Source: Oscillospiraceae bacterium (lineage in GTDB: Bacteria > Bacillota > Clostridia > Oscillospirales > CAG-272). From it: a DNA stretch of 54,159 nt. The stretch's first letter is position 1; each line of letters begins with the position of its first letter. Positions 28,590 through 37,325 of the stretch are shown one piece after another. The notes below the pieces were generated by a model that was not told the DNA's origin, did not search any database, and was given only the letters and a program-made list of their open reading frames with translations. The stretch is taken from NCBI GenBank assembly GCA_015064095.1, contig SVSW01000005.1:1-54159 (forward strand), given 5' to 3'. The position numbers were made by a program, and so were the translations under genes.

Positions 28590-29509
28590 TCTTCCTCTCC
28601 CCCGTTCGGTATCAATGCGCCGATGAACTCCTCGGCGTCAAAGCTCTCCATATCGTCTATCTGCTCGCCGACACCGACAAATTTGACGGGTATGCCGAGC
28701 GCTTGCTTGATAGATATAACGATGCCGCCCTTTGCCGTACCGTCGAGCTTGTTGAGAATAAGCCCCGTGATCTCGGCGGAATTTTTGAATTCCTTTGCCT
28801 GCAATATCGCGTTTTGACCCGTCGTTGCGTCAAGCACGAGCAGATTTTCGCGGCATGCGCCCGGCAGCTCGCGGTCGATCACTCGGTTTATCTTCGAGAG
28901 CTCATTCATAAGATTTTTCTTGTTTTGCAGGCGGCCTGCAGTATCGATTATCAGCACATCGGCGCCGCGGTTCTTCGCATAATTGACTGCATCGTAAACG
29001 ACTGCGGCAGGATCCGAGCCCTCGCTCTGACGTACCATTTCAACGCCTGCGCGATCGCACCAAACAGCAAGCTGGTCTATGGCTGCGGCGCGGAAGGTAT
29101 CTGCCGCCGCAACGACGACCTTTTTGCCCTCTCGCTTTAATTTGTTGGAAATTTTGCCGATAGACGTGGTCTTTCCCGCACCGTTGACGCCGATGACGAG
29201 CACGACCGCCGGTTTACCGTCAAGCTTCAGCGGTTCACCCTCGCCTATCATCTCGCCAAGGATCTCGCGAAGTGCGTTCGTAACCTCCGACGGCTCGCGA
29301 AGACGTCCGGCCTTCACGCGCTCGCGGAGTTCATCTATAATGGTTTCCGTTGCCTCAACGCCGACGTCGGCACAGATAAGCAGCTCCTCAAGCTCTTCAA
29401 GCAGATCATCGTCAACGCGCGTAAAAGAGCGCGCGATGCCGGCAAAGCCGCCGAATATCGCCTTTTGGGTGTTTTTCAGACCGTTTTTCAGTTTATCAAA
29501 AAATTTCAT
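28586..29509 (-). CDS. ftsY: Signal recognition particle receptor FtsY
   Basis: GVNGAGKTT, DTFRAAA, DTAGRL, KLDGTAKGG; likely start MKFFDKLK at 29509. Confidence 0.96.
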   Translation of the reverse strand: MKFFDKLKNGLKNTQKAIFGGFAGIARSFTRVDDDLLEELEELLICADVGVEATETIIDELRERVKAGRLREPSEVTNALREILGEMIGEGEPLKLDGKPAVVLVIGVNGAGKTTSIGKISNKLKREGKKVVVAAADTFRAAAIDQLAVWCDRAGVEMVRQSEGSDPAAVVYDAVNYAKNRGADVLIIDTAGRLQNKKNLMNELSKINRVIDRELPGACRENLLVLDATTGQNAILQAKEFKNSAEITGLILNKLDGTAKGGIVISIKQALGIPVKFVGVGEQIDDMESFDAEEFIGALIPNGGEEE

Positions 29510-32500
29510 CCCAAGTGTCACCTTTCTTTTTGGCGATCTCGCCCACGTCAAGCTCAAGCACCTTCGAAATACCGTGCTCCGGCATCGTTACGCCGTAAAG
29601 GCGGTTTGCCGCCTCCATCGTGCCGCGGCGGTGCGTGATGACGACGAATTGAGTGCCGTCCGTGTATCGCTTTATGTACTCTGCAAAGCGCGTGACATTG
29701 ACCTCGTCAAGCGCCGCCTCGATCTCGTCGAGTATGCAGAACGGAGTGGGGTTGACCTGAATGATCGCAAAGAACAGAGCTATCGCGATAAACGACTGCT
29801 CTCCGCCCGAAAGCTGCATCAGCGATTTGATGATCTTTCCGGGAGGTGCTGCTTTGATCTCAATGCCCGAACCGAGCACGTCGTCGGGATCTGTCAGCGA
29901 AAGCTCTGCCGAGCCGCCGCCAAACAGCTCCGAGAACACTCGGTTGAAGTTCTCGTTTATGCGGTTGAACGCATCAAGGAAGGTCGATTTCATCTCACCG
30001 TCGATCCTTGAAAGTATGCTTTCAAGATCGGCCTTGGACTTTGTCAGATCCTCGATCTGTCCCGACATATAATCGTATCTCGCCTTGATCTCTTTATACT
30101 TTTCAACGGCATCAAGGTCGACGTTTCCGATAGCGCGCAGCTTATTTCGGCACTCCGTTTGGATAGCCTGAACCTCGCGCCTCGTTTCCTCGTTTATCGC
30201 GGGATATCCGAGCGCTATTGCTTCGCTTCTCGTGATCCCGTGCTCCTCGGTCAGCTTATTTGCGAGCTTATCCTGTGTATCGCGCAGATTTTCAAGCTTC
30301 GTTTCGTATTTTGTATACTCGCGGAAGATGAGCTCCTTTTCGTTCATCTTGGCGCGCAGCTTTGCGCCGAGCGCGTTGAGAAGACGCTCAAACTCAAAAT
30401 TATCCTCCTCAAGTGCCGTTCGGCGATCCGAAAGCTTTTTGAGTTTATCGGAGCTCTCTGCGAATTTCTCGCGGTTTTCGCGGCGCTCAGCCTCGATCTG
30501 CGCAATCTGGGCACGCAGCCCTTCAATTCTTTCATTTGCCTCGCCGATCTGCTCGCTAAGTCTTGCAAGCGTATCGTTCGATGCGCCGATAAGCGTTTCT
30601 TCCGTTTCTATATCCTTGCGCAAAGAGTTTATACCGATAAATTCGGCCGTCATCTTCTCGCTGATCGCATCGCGTTCTGCAAGCTTTTCGTTGCGCTTTA
30701 TATTCGTATCCGAGCGATATGCGGATATCTCCTCGCGCGTAGCTGCAAGTCTTTCTATTTCGGCCGAGAAGGTCTTGATCTCCTCCTCGTTCTTTTGTCG
30801 CACCTCTCCGAGTGCTCCGAGATCGACACGCAGCTTTTCAAGCAAGGTATTATTGGCATCGAGCTTTGCCGCAAGCTGGCTGAGCGCATTCTGCTCGCTC
30901 GTGCGCAGCATATTTATAAGCTTTATCTTATCCTCGCAGGCGTTTTTCGCCGATACGACCTTTTCATACTCTCGGTTTTGTCTTTCGCGCTCTTTTTCGG
31001 TGTCCTCAATATCCGCGCGCAGTCCCGTCAGCTCCGATTCGAGATTTTTGATCTCACCGGCGCGTCCGAGAATACCGCCCTTGGTCTTTGACGAGCCGCC
31101 TGTGAACGAGCCGCCGGCATTGATCTGCTGACCGTCAAGCGTGACGGCGCGAACACGGTAGCGCATGGCGCGCGCCATATCGGTCGCATTATCTATATTG
31201 TCAAAAATCACAGTTCTGCCGAGCAGATTTGACACCACTCCGCGGAATTTTTCATCGCAGGAAACAAGGCTGTCGGCAATTCCGATATACCCGCGATAGC
31301 TCGCGGCGGACTGAAGCTCGTCCGTCAGGAAAGACGGTTTCATTGACGAAAGGGGAAAGAACGTGGCTCGGCCTGCCTGCGCCTGCTTTAAGCAGTACAT
31401 AGCAGCCTTCGCGGCGCTTTCGTCTGCCACGACTATATGCTGAAGATTTGCGCCGAGCGCAGTCTCAATTGCGGTTATATACTTGTCCTCAACCGAAATG
31501 ACGCGTGACAGAGGACCGTATATTTTTGCGCAGCGAACACCGTTCGGATCGGTTATTCTGCCTTCCGAATACTGTTTCATTACATACCGAACGCTACTGT
31601 TATAACCCTCGAACTGCTCCTCCATTATCTTGAAGTTTTCAATTCTTTGGATTATCGAATCGCGGCGGAAGCGCATTTTGGCAAGCTCCGAATCCGTTTT
31701 TTCGAGCTCGTCAAGCTTTGCATCGGCATCGCTTTCTTGCTTTGATCTCTCGTTTTCCGTTTCATCAAGCGATGCGGAATAAGAATCTATCATCGCCTGC
31801 TTCTCGGCACACTGTGACGAAAGTATGCCCGAGGTCTTTTCATACTCGGCAATATCCGTGCGCACCGTTCCGCTTTTGTCTTCGTCGGTAATATTAGCGT
31901 CTTCAAGCACTCGCACGCGCACTCGAAGTTCGTTTTCCTCTTTGTCTATGCGGCGAATATCCTCAAGCGCGGCGGCAAGATCAAGCTCCATTGCGCTTGC
32001 CTCGCGGTCAGCCGCTTTTTGCTCCTCCGTGAGCCTTTCATATTCCGAAAGTTTCTTTGAGAGCTCCTCGCCGAGAGCGCGTTTTTTGTTCTCGCGTGCC
32101 GACTTGACCTCGTTTTCCGTGTTTATCGCACCCTCGGAATTCGCAATTCCCGCCTGTGCCGATGCGATAAGCTCATTTATATGCAAAAGATTGGTTTCAC
32201 TGACCTTATAATCACTTTCGAGCGCGTGATTTTCGTCTGTTGCCTCGCGTATCTCTCGATATATCTGCTCAGACGACAGCTTTGAGTTCTGCGAATCCTC
32301 AAAAAGCTTTGCGTTCTGGCGCTCGTACTCGGCGATCGCGGACTCTGCGTTTTCAAGATCAAAAGCCGTGCGGCGGAACGCCTCATCGGCCGTTTCCATA
32401 TCTGCACGGAGCTTTTCCGTATCATAAAGCCAAAGCTGAACGTCGGCTTTTTTCTTTTTATCAAGCAGCTCAATGGCGCGTGTGGCCTTTGCCGCCTCTT

Positions 32501-33125
32501 TTTCAAGCGGAGCGACCTGAGCTTCGACCTCTATAAAAACATCGTTTATGCGAACCATGTTTTCCTCGGTCTGCGCAAGCTTTCTTTCCGTTTCCGTCTT
32601 TTTGTGGCGGAAGCGCGCGATACCCGCGGCGTCCTCGAAGATGCTCCTTCTCTCGTCGCTCTTTCTTGATATTATCTCGGCGATCTTACCCTGACCGATG
32701 ATCGAATATCCGTCACGGCCGATACCCGTGTTCATGAAAAGCTCGTAGATATCCTTAAGCCTTACGGGCTTTCTGTTTATAAAATACTCACTCTCGCCGG
32801 CTCTGTAATAGCGGCGAGTGACCGTGACCTCGTCATACGGGCTGTCAAGCCTTGCCGTGTCACCTGTATTATCAAAGGTGATCGACACCTCGGCAAAGCC
32901 CATTTGACGGCGGCTGTCGGCACCTGCAAAAATGATATCCTCCATTTTTGCGCCGCGTATACTTTTTGCGGAGATCTCACCGAGAACCCAGCGCATGGCG
33001 TCCGAAATATTCGATTTTCCGCTTCCGTTGGGTCCCACGATGACCGTTGTGCCGCCCTCAAAGGTCAGCTTGGTCTTATCGGGAAAGGATTTGAAGCCCT
33101 GCATTTCAAGCGATTTAAGATACAC
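29496..33125 (-). CDS. smc: Chromosome segregation protein SMC
   Basis: Walker A GPNGSGKS, coiled coils, hinge (GRATFFP, GGSFTGGS), LSGGE signature and DEIEAALD. Confidence 0.97.
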   Translation of the reverse strand: MYLKSLEMQGFKSFPDKTKLTFEGGTTVIVGPNGSGKSNISDAMRWVLGEISAKSIRGAKMEDIIFAGADSRRQMGFAEVSITFDNTGDTARLDSPYDEVTVTRRYYRAGESEYFINRKPVRLKDIYELFMNTGIGRDGYSIIGQGKIAEIISRKSDERRSIFEDAAGIARFRHKKTETERKLAQTEENMVRINDVFIEVEAQVAPLEKEAAKATRAIELLDKKKKADVQLWLYDTEKLRADMETADEAFRRTAFDLENAESAIAEYERQNAKLFEDSQNSKLSSEQIYREIREATDENHALESDYKVSETNLLHINELIASAQAGIANSEGAINTENEVKSARENKKRALGEELSKKLSEYERLTEEQKAADREASAMELDLAAALEDIRRIDKEENELRVRVRVLEDANITDEDKSGTVRTDIAEYEKTSGILSSQCAEKQAMIDSYSASLDETENERSKQESDADAKLDELEKTDSELAKMRFRRDSIIQRIENFKIMEEQFEGYNSSVRYVMKQYSEGRITDPNGVRCAKIYGPLSRVISVEDKYITAIETALGANLQHIVVADESAAKAAMYCLKQAQAGRATFFPLSSMKPSFLTDELQSAASYRGYIGIADSLVSCDEKFRGVVSNLLGRTVIFDNIDNATDMARAMRYRVRAVTLDGQQINAGGSFTGGSSKTKGGILGRAGEIKNLESELTGLRADIEDTEKERERQNREYEKVVSAKNACEDKIKLINMLRTSEQNALSQLAAKLDANNTLLEKLRVDLGALGEVRQKNEEEIKTFSAEIERLAATREEISAYRSDTNIKRNEKLAERDAISEKMTAEFIGINSLRKDIETEETLIGASNDTLARLSEQIGEANERIEGLRAQIAQIEAERRENREKFAESSDKLKKLSDRRTALEEDNFEFERLLNALGAKLRAKMNEKELIFREYTKYETKLENLRDTQDKLANKLTEEHGITRSEAIALGYPAINEETRREVQAIQTECRNKLRAIGNVDLDAVEKYKEIKARYDYMSGQIEDLTKSKADLESILSRIDGEMKSTFLDAFNRINENFNRVFSELFGGGSAELSLTDPDDVLGSGIEIKAAPPGKIIKSLMQLSGGEQSFIAIALFFAIIQVNPTPFCILDEIEAALDEVNVTRFAEYIKRYTDGTQFVVITHRRGTMEAANRLYGVTMPEHGISKVLELDVGEIAKKKGDTWDEIF

Positions 33126-33137
33126 AGGCGATCCTCC

Positions 33138-34157
33138 TTACATAATATACTCTATTTCTATATTATATCCTATAATGTCGATTTTTTCAAGAACTTTTAT
33201 CCGATTTATTCCGTATTTTTCCGAAAGGCTCAAAACATTCCGCCTTTTTTGCCCCGCGGCGCGCGAAACCGCACCGGGTGCGACGTAGATAATAAGATCA
33301 TCTCCCGTTTTTTCGGTCTTGTCAATCATCTCGCAAATACGCTTAAAATAAAGCTCATTCATTGCAAGCTCGCCGACTGCGGGGTGATTTGCGCCGCCGA
33401 AGACTGCCTCGTCGGACGCAAGATTTTCAGATGCGCAAAGTCCGACGCGAATAACATCTACACCCTCACGGTCAAAAACGTCGAGCACCCCGGCGGCACG
33501 GCTCGCGGCGACCTCACCGGTCATAGGTGTGTACTTGCCCATCTTCGCAAGCGTGCAAAGATCGGTATCACGGAAAACGACTGTCGGATAAACGCGCGCG
33601 GCCTCACAGCCCCATGCGGCGATATTTCTCGCCGTATCAAGCTCGCCGTCGGGCGTAGCAGAGGGCAGACCTACCATCATTTGACCGACTACCGAAAAGC
33701 CTGCATTTTTCAAGGCAAAAACTGCATTTTTCGACTGCTCGGCGGTATGCCCGCGCCGTGCGGCGCGAAGCACCGCATCATCTGTGCTCTGTATACCGAG
33801 TTCAACCGCCGAAACCGTATATTTTTTAAGTATTTCGATGATCTCGCCGTTTATATAATCGGGTCGAGTTGACAGCCTGATGCCGATGACCTTGCCCGAG
33901 TTGACGTACTCTTGCGCAAGGTCAAGCAGATATATCATAAGACCGCGGTCGATTCCCGTGAACGATCCGCCGAAAAATGCGATCTCTGCTGTTCTTTCGC
34001 CGAGTGTTGCGAGTGCCGTTTCTATTTCGTTTTTAACCCCGGACGGATCAAAATCCGTGTGCCCCGATATCGTTCTTTGATTGCAGAAAATGCAATCGTT
34101 GGGACAGCCGAGATGCGGTATGAATATCGGTATATTTGCGTGCCCGTGTTTTTTCAT
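33138..34157 (-). CDS. Radical SAM protein (Elp3/HemN-like, uncharacterised)
   Basis: CPNDCIFC cluster motif, AFFGGSFT, STRPD, ELGIQS, RGHT; likely start MKKHGH at 34157 after GAGGG. Confidence 0.85.
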   Translation of the reverse strand: MKKHGHANIPIFIPHLGCPNDCIFCNQRTISGHTDFDPSGVKNEIETALATLGERTAEIAFFGGSFTGIDRGLMIYLLDLAQEYVNSGKVIGIRLSTRPDYINGEIIEILKKYTVSAVELGIQSTDDAVLRAARRGHTAEQSKNAVFALKNAGFSVVGQMMVGLPSATPDGELDTARNIAAWGCEAARVYPTVVFRDTDLCTLAKMGKYTPMTGEVAASRAAGVLDVFDREGVDVIRVGLCASENLASDEAVFGGANHPAVGELAMNELYFKRICEMIDKTEKTGDDLIIYVAPGAVSRAAGQKRRNVLSLSEKYGINRIKVLEKIDIIGYNIEIEYIM

Positions 34158-34242
34158 AAAATCCCTCGAAAACCAAGTAATTGCAGGGATATTTGGATAA
34201 TATTCCCTGCAATTTCGCATTTAAATAATAGTATTAATTAAA

Positions 34243-34962
34243 TCAATTTTCAAGCTCGCCGAACAGCTTTAACGCTTCTCGCGCCGCATTTTGCTCGGCG
34301 TCTTTTTTTGTTTTTCCGCTACCCTTGCCGATTATATTGCTGCCCATTCTCGCTTCGACCGTGAACGTCTTTGCATGATCCGGGCCTTCCTCGGAAATGA
34401 GCACGTATGAAAGATTGGCTGCGCCGTCCTGCTGCAAGAACTGTTGAAGAAAGGTTTTATAATCCTTGCTCTGTCCGCGTGCGAGCAAGCGCTCAAGCTC
34501 CTCCGAAATAAACGGCAAAAGAAATTTTTTAACGGTTTCTTGATTGCCCGAGTCGATATACATAGCGGCAAGCAAAGCCTCAAAGGCATCGGACAGCATG
34601 GATTTATTGTTCCTGCCGCCGTTTTTCTCCTCACCGACACCGAGCAGAAGATAATCGTTCAATCTGATCTGGTTCGCAAAGCCCGCAAGTGCGCGCTCGC
34701 AAACGACTTCGGCGCGCATCTTTGTGAGATCCCCCTCATCACGGTCGCGAAACTTTGCAAAAAGATACTCACTCGTGATAATAGACAGAACGGAATCTCC
34801 GAGAAATTCAAGCCTTTCGTTGCATCTGCAATCAGGCTCTTTTATTCTGTGCTCGTTTTTATATGACGAATGCGTCATTGCGGTGCGCAGAAGTCCGATA
34901 TTTTTAAATTTATAATCTATTGCGGCTTCAAGCCCCGAGAGGGCTTTCGGTAATGCGTTCAT
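34243..34962 (-). CDS. rnc: Ribonuclease III
   Basis: NERLEFLGDSVL signature, DAFEA, and a C-terminal dsRBD (GPDHAKTF, KKDAEQNAA). Confidence 0.97.
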   Translation of the reverse strand: MNALPKALSGLEAAIDYKFKNIGLLRTAMTHSSYKNEHRIKEPDCRCNERLEFLGDSVLSIITSEYLFAKFRDRDEGDLTKMRAEVVCERALAGFANQIRLNDYLLLGVGEEKNGGRNNKSMLSDAFEALLAAMYIDSGNQETVKKFLLPFISEELERLLARGQSKDYKTFLQQFLQQDGAANLSYVLISEEGPDHAKTFTVEARMGSNIIGKGSGKTKKDAEQNAAREALKLFGELEN

Positions 34963-35987
34963 TGTTTTTCTCCGTTGTTTTCGCTATCTTTTTTGGCACG
35001 GAATCCTTCTGCCGCGCGTGCGATATCATAAGTTATGCCCGTGTCAACGCAAGCTATTGCTTGGCGGATCGCATTTTTGAACGCTTTTGCGTTTGAAGAT
35101 CCGTGTGCTTTTATTACAGGCTTTGCGATTCCGAGTATCGGCGCACCGCCGTACTCCGTCGGGTCATATTTGTGCTTGATCTCACGCAGACGGTTTTTGA
35201 CCATTACCGCCGAAACCATCGAAACCGGCGAAGCCTTAAAGAGCTTGACAAGCTCACCCATGACCATCTTGCCCATGCCCTCAACGCATTTGAGCAATAT
35301 GTTTCCGCAAAAGCCGTCGGTCACAACAACGTCACAGGTATCAAAAGGCAGGTGATTCGACTCAACGTTACCGACAAAATTTATTCCGTCATATTCCGAA
35401 AGATATTTATAAGCCGAAACGCGCAGCTCCGTACCCTTGCACTCCTCGGTTCCGTTGTTGAGAAGTCCTATGCGCGGATTTTCAACGCCGTAATAATTTT
35501 TCATATAGGTTGCGCCCATAACGGCGAACTGTGCAAGATTTTCCTCGGTCACTACAAGATTTGCGCCCGAATCGAGCAGCATAACAGGCGGATCAAAAGG
35601 AAGCACTGAAGCTATCGCCGCCCGATTGATACCGCGTATCTTTCGAACGATCAAAGAGGCTCCCGTAAACAGTGCGCCGGAATTTCCGGCACTTACGAAA
35701 ACGTCTCCGCGTCCCTCGGCGAGCAAACGAAGTCCCACTGCCATTGAGGATTCTTTTTTTGCACGAACTATCGAAAGAGGGTCGTCCTCCATCGTTATCG
35801 TATCGCTTGTGTGAACTATTTCAAAGCGGCGGATATCGTGGCCACATTCCTTGGCGGTCGTTTCGATAACCTCACGGTCACCAACGATTATGTAGCTCGC
35901 CTGAAATTCATCATCGGCAGCAAAAACCCCACGCAAAATTTCGTGCGGTGCATTATCTCCGCTCATCGCGTCAACGATAATTCTCAT
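34959..35987 (-). CDS. plsX: Phosphate acyltransferase PlsX
   Basis: IVDAMSGDNAP, SAGNSGA, DSGAN, GTEECKG, DGFCGN and KAHGSS motifs. Confidence 0.95.
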   Translation of the reverse strand: MRIIVDAMSGDNAPHEILRGVFAADDEFQASYIIVGDREVIETTAKECGHDIRRFEIVHTSDTITMEDDPLSIVRAKKESSMAVGLRLLAEGRGDVFVSAGNSGALFTGASLIVRKIRGINRAAIASVLPFDPPVMLLDSGANLVVTEENLAQFAVMGATYMKNYYGVENPRIGLLNNGTEECKGTELRVSAYKYLSEYDGINFVGNVESNHLPFDTCDVVVTDGFCGNILLKCVEGMGKMVMGELVKLFKASPVSMVSAVMVKNRLREIKHKYDPTEYGGAPILGIAKPVIKAHGSSNAKAFKNAIRQAIACVDTGITYDIARAAEGFRAKKDSENNGEKQ

Positions 35988-36008
35988 AAGCGACCTTCCT
36001 TTCTTCCG

Positions 36009-37325
36009 TTATCTTTGGAAATAATCTAATGCTCTTTTTGCAAGAGCCTCATTTTTGGCGGTCTTTCCGCCTTTCACGCGAGCCGGCAAGGGCTCGACTA
36101 TACCGAAATTCGCATTCATCGGTGTGAACTTCGACACTCCGCCGCCGCTGACATATGCAGCCATAGCTCCGAGCATCGTGGTTCGCGGGAATATCTCACC
36201 CTCCTCGCCCTTTGCACGCGCGGCTGCATTGATACCGGCAACAAGTCCCGACCCTGCCGACTCAACATATCCCTCTACACCCGTCATCTGACCGGCAAAG
36301 AAAATTTCGGGTCTTTCAACCACCGAGTAATCGGCGGCTAGGAATCCCGGGGAATTTATATACGTGTTTCTGTGCATGACCCCGTAGCGCAAAAATACCG
36401 CGTTTTCAAGCCCCGGAATAAGCGAAAACACTCTTTTTTGCTCCGCAAATGTAAGGTGCGTTTGAAAACCCACGATATTATACATCGTGCCCTCGATATT
36501 TTCCTTCCTGAGCTGAACGACGGCAAAATATTCTTCGCCGTTTCGGGGATTTTTAATGCCGACCGGTTTAAGAGGTCCGTAACGCAGAGTATCGTACCCT
36601 CTTTTTGCCATGACCTCAACCGGCATACACCCCTCAAAGACATTGAGCTTTTTGCCCTGTTCCTCTTTATCAAACTCTTTAAGCTCCGCTTCTTTTGCCT
36701 CGATCAAGGCAAAATAAAACTTATCGTACTGCTCCTTCGTCATCGGACAGTTTATATAATCGGCATCTCCCTTGTCATATCTCGACGCAAAAAATGCGAT
36801 ATCCATATCGACCGATGCAAAGTCCACAATAGGCGCGGCAGCGTCAAAAAAGTGAAGATCGCCGCAGCCAAGCTCGTTTTTCATATATTCCGCCATCGGC
36901 TCAGACGTCAGAGGCCCCGTGGCTATGACGGTTATCTCTCCGTCCTCGATCCTGTCTGCCTCTGCGTTCTCAACCTCGATCAGCGGGTGGTTTCTAATCT
37001 TTTTCGTTATATAATCGGAAAATTTTTCGCGGTCAACGGCGAGCGCCGCACCTGCCGGCACTTGTGTTTTATCCGCAGCCTCCATAATAAGCGATCCGCA
37101 GCGTCTCATTTCCTCTTTGAGAAGTCCGACGCCGTTTGTCAAAGACGCAGCGCGCAAAGAATTTGAGCAAACAAGCTCCGAAAATTTTTCCGAATGGTGT
37201 GCCGGGGTGAACTTTTGCGGCTTCATTTCAATAAGCCTTACCTTCACGCCGCGCTCTGCGATCTGCCACGCCGCCTCGCAGCCGGCAAGACCCGCACCGA
37301 TGACCGTTACTCTTTTACTGCTCAT
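36009..37325 (-). CDS. trmFO: Folate/FAD-dependent tRNA m5U54 methyltransferase TrmFO (Gid)
   Basis: VIGAGLAGCEAA, ELVCSNS, FEGCMP, YGVMHRN, AGQMTGVEGY; start MSSKRV at 37325; dprA-topA-trmFO synteny. Confidence 0.96.
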   Translation of the reverse strand: MSSKRVTVIGAGLAGCEAAWQIAERGVKVRLIEMKPQKFTPAHHSEKFSELVCSNSLRAASLTNGVGLLKEEMRRCGSLIMEAADKTQVPAGAALAVDREKFSDYITKKIRNHPLIEVENAEADRIEDGEITVIATGPLTSEPMAEYMKNELGCGDLHFFDAAAPIVDFASVDMDIAFFASRYDKGDADYINCPMTKEQYDKFYFALIEAKEAELKEFDKEEQGKKLNVFEGCMPVEVMAKRGYDTLRYGPLKPVGIKNPRNGEEYFAVVQLRKENIEGTMYNIVGFQTHLTFAEQKRVFSLIPGLENAVFLRYGVMHRNTYINSPGFLAADYSVVERPEIFFAGQMTGVEGYVESAGSGLVAGINAAARAKGEEGEIFPRTTMLGAMAAYVSGGGVSKFTPMNANFGIVEPLPARVKGGKTAKNEALAKRALDYFQR

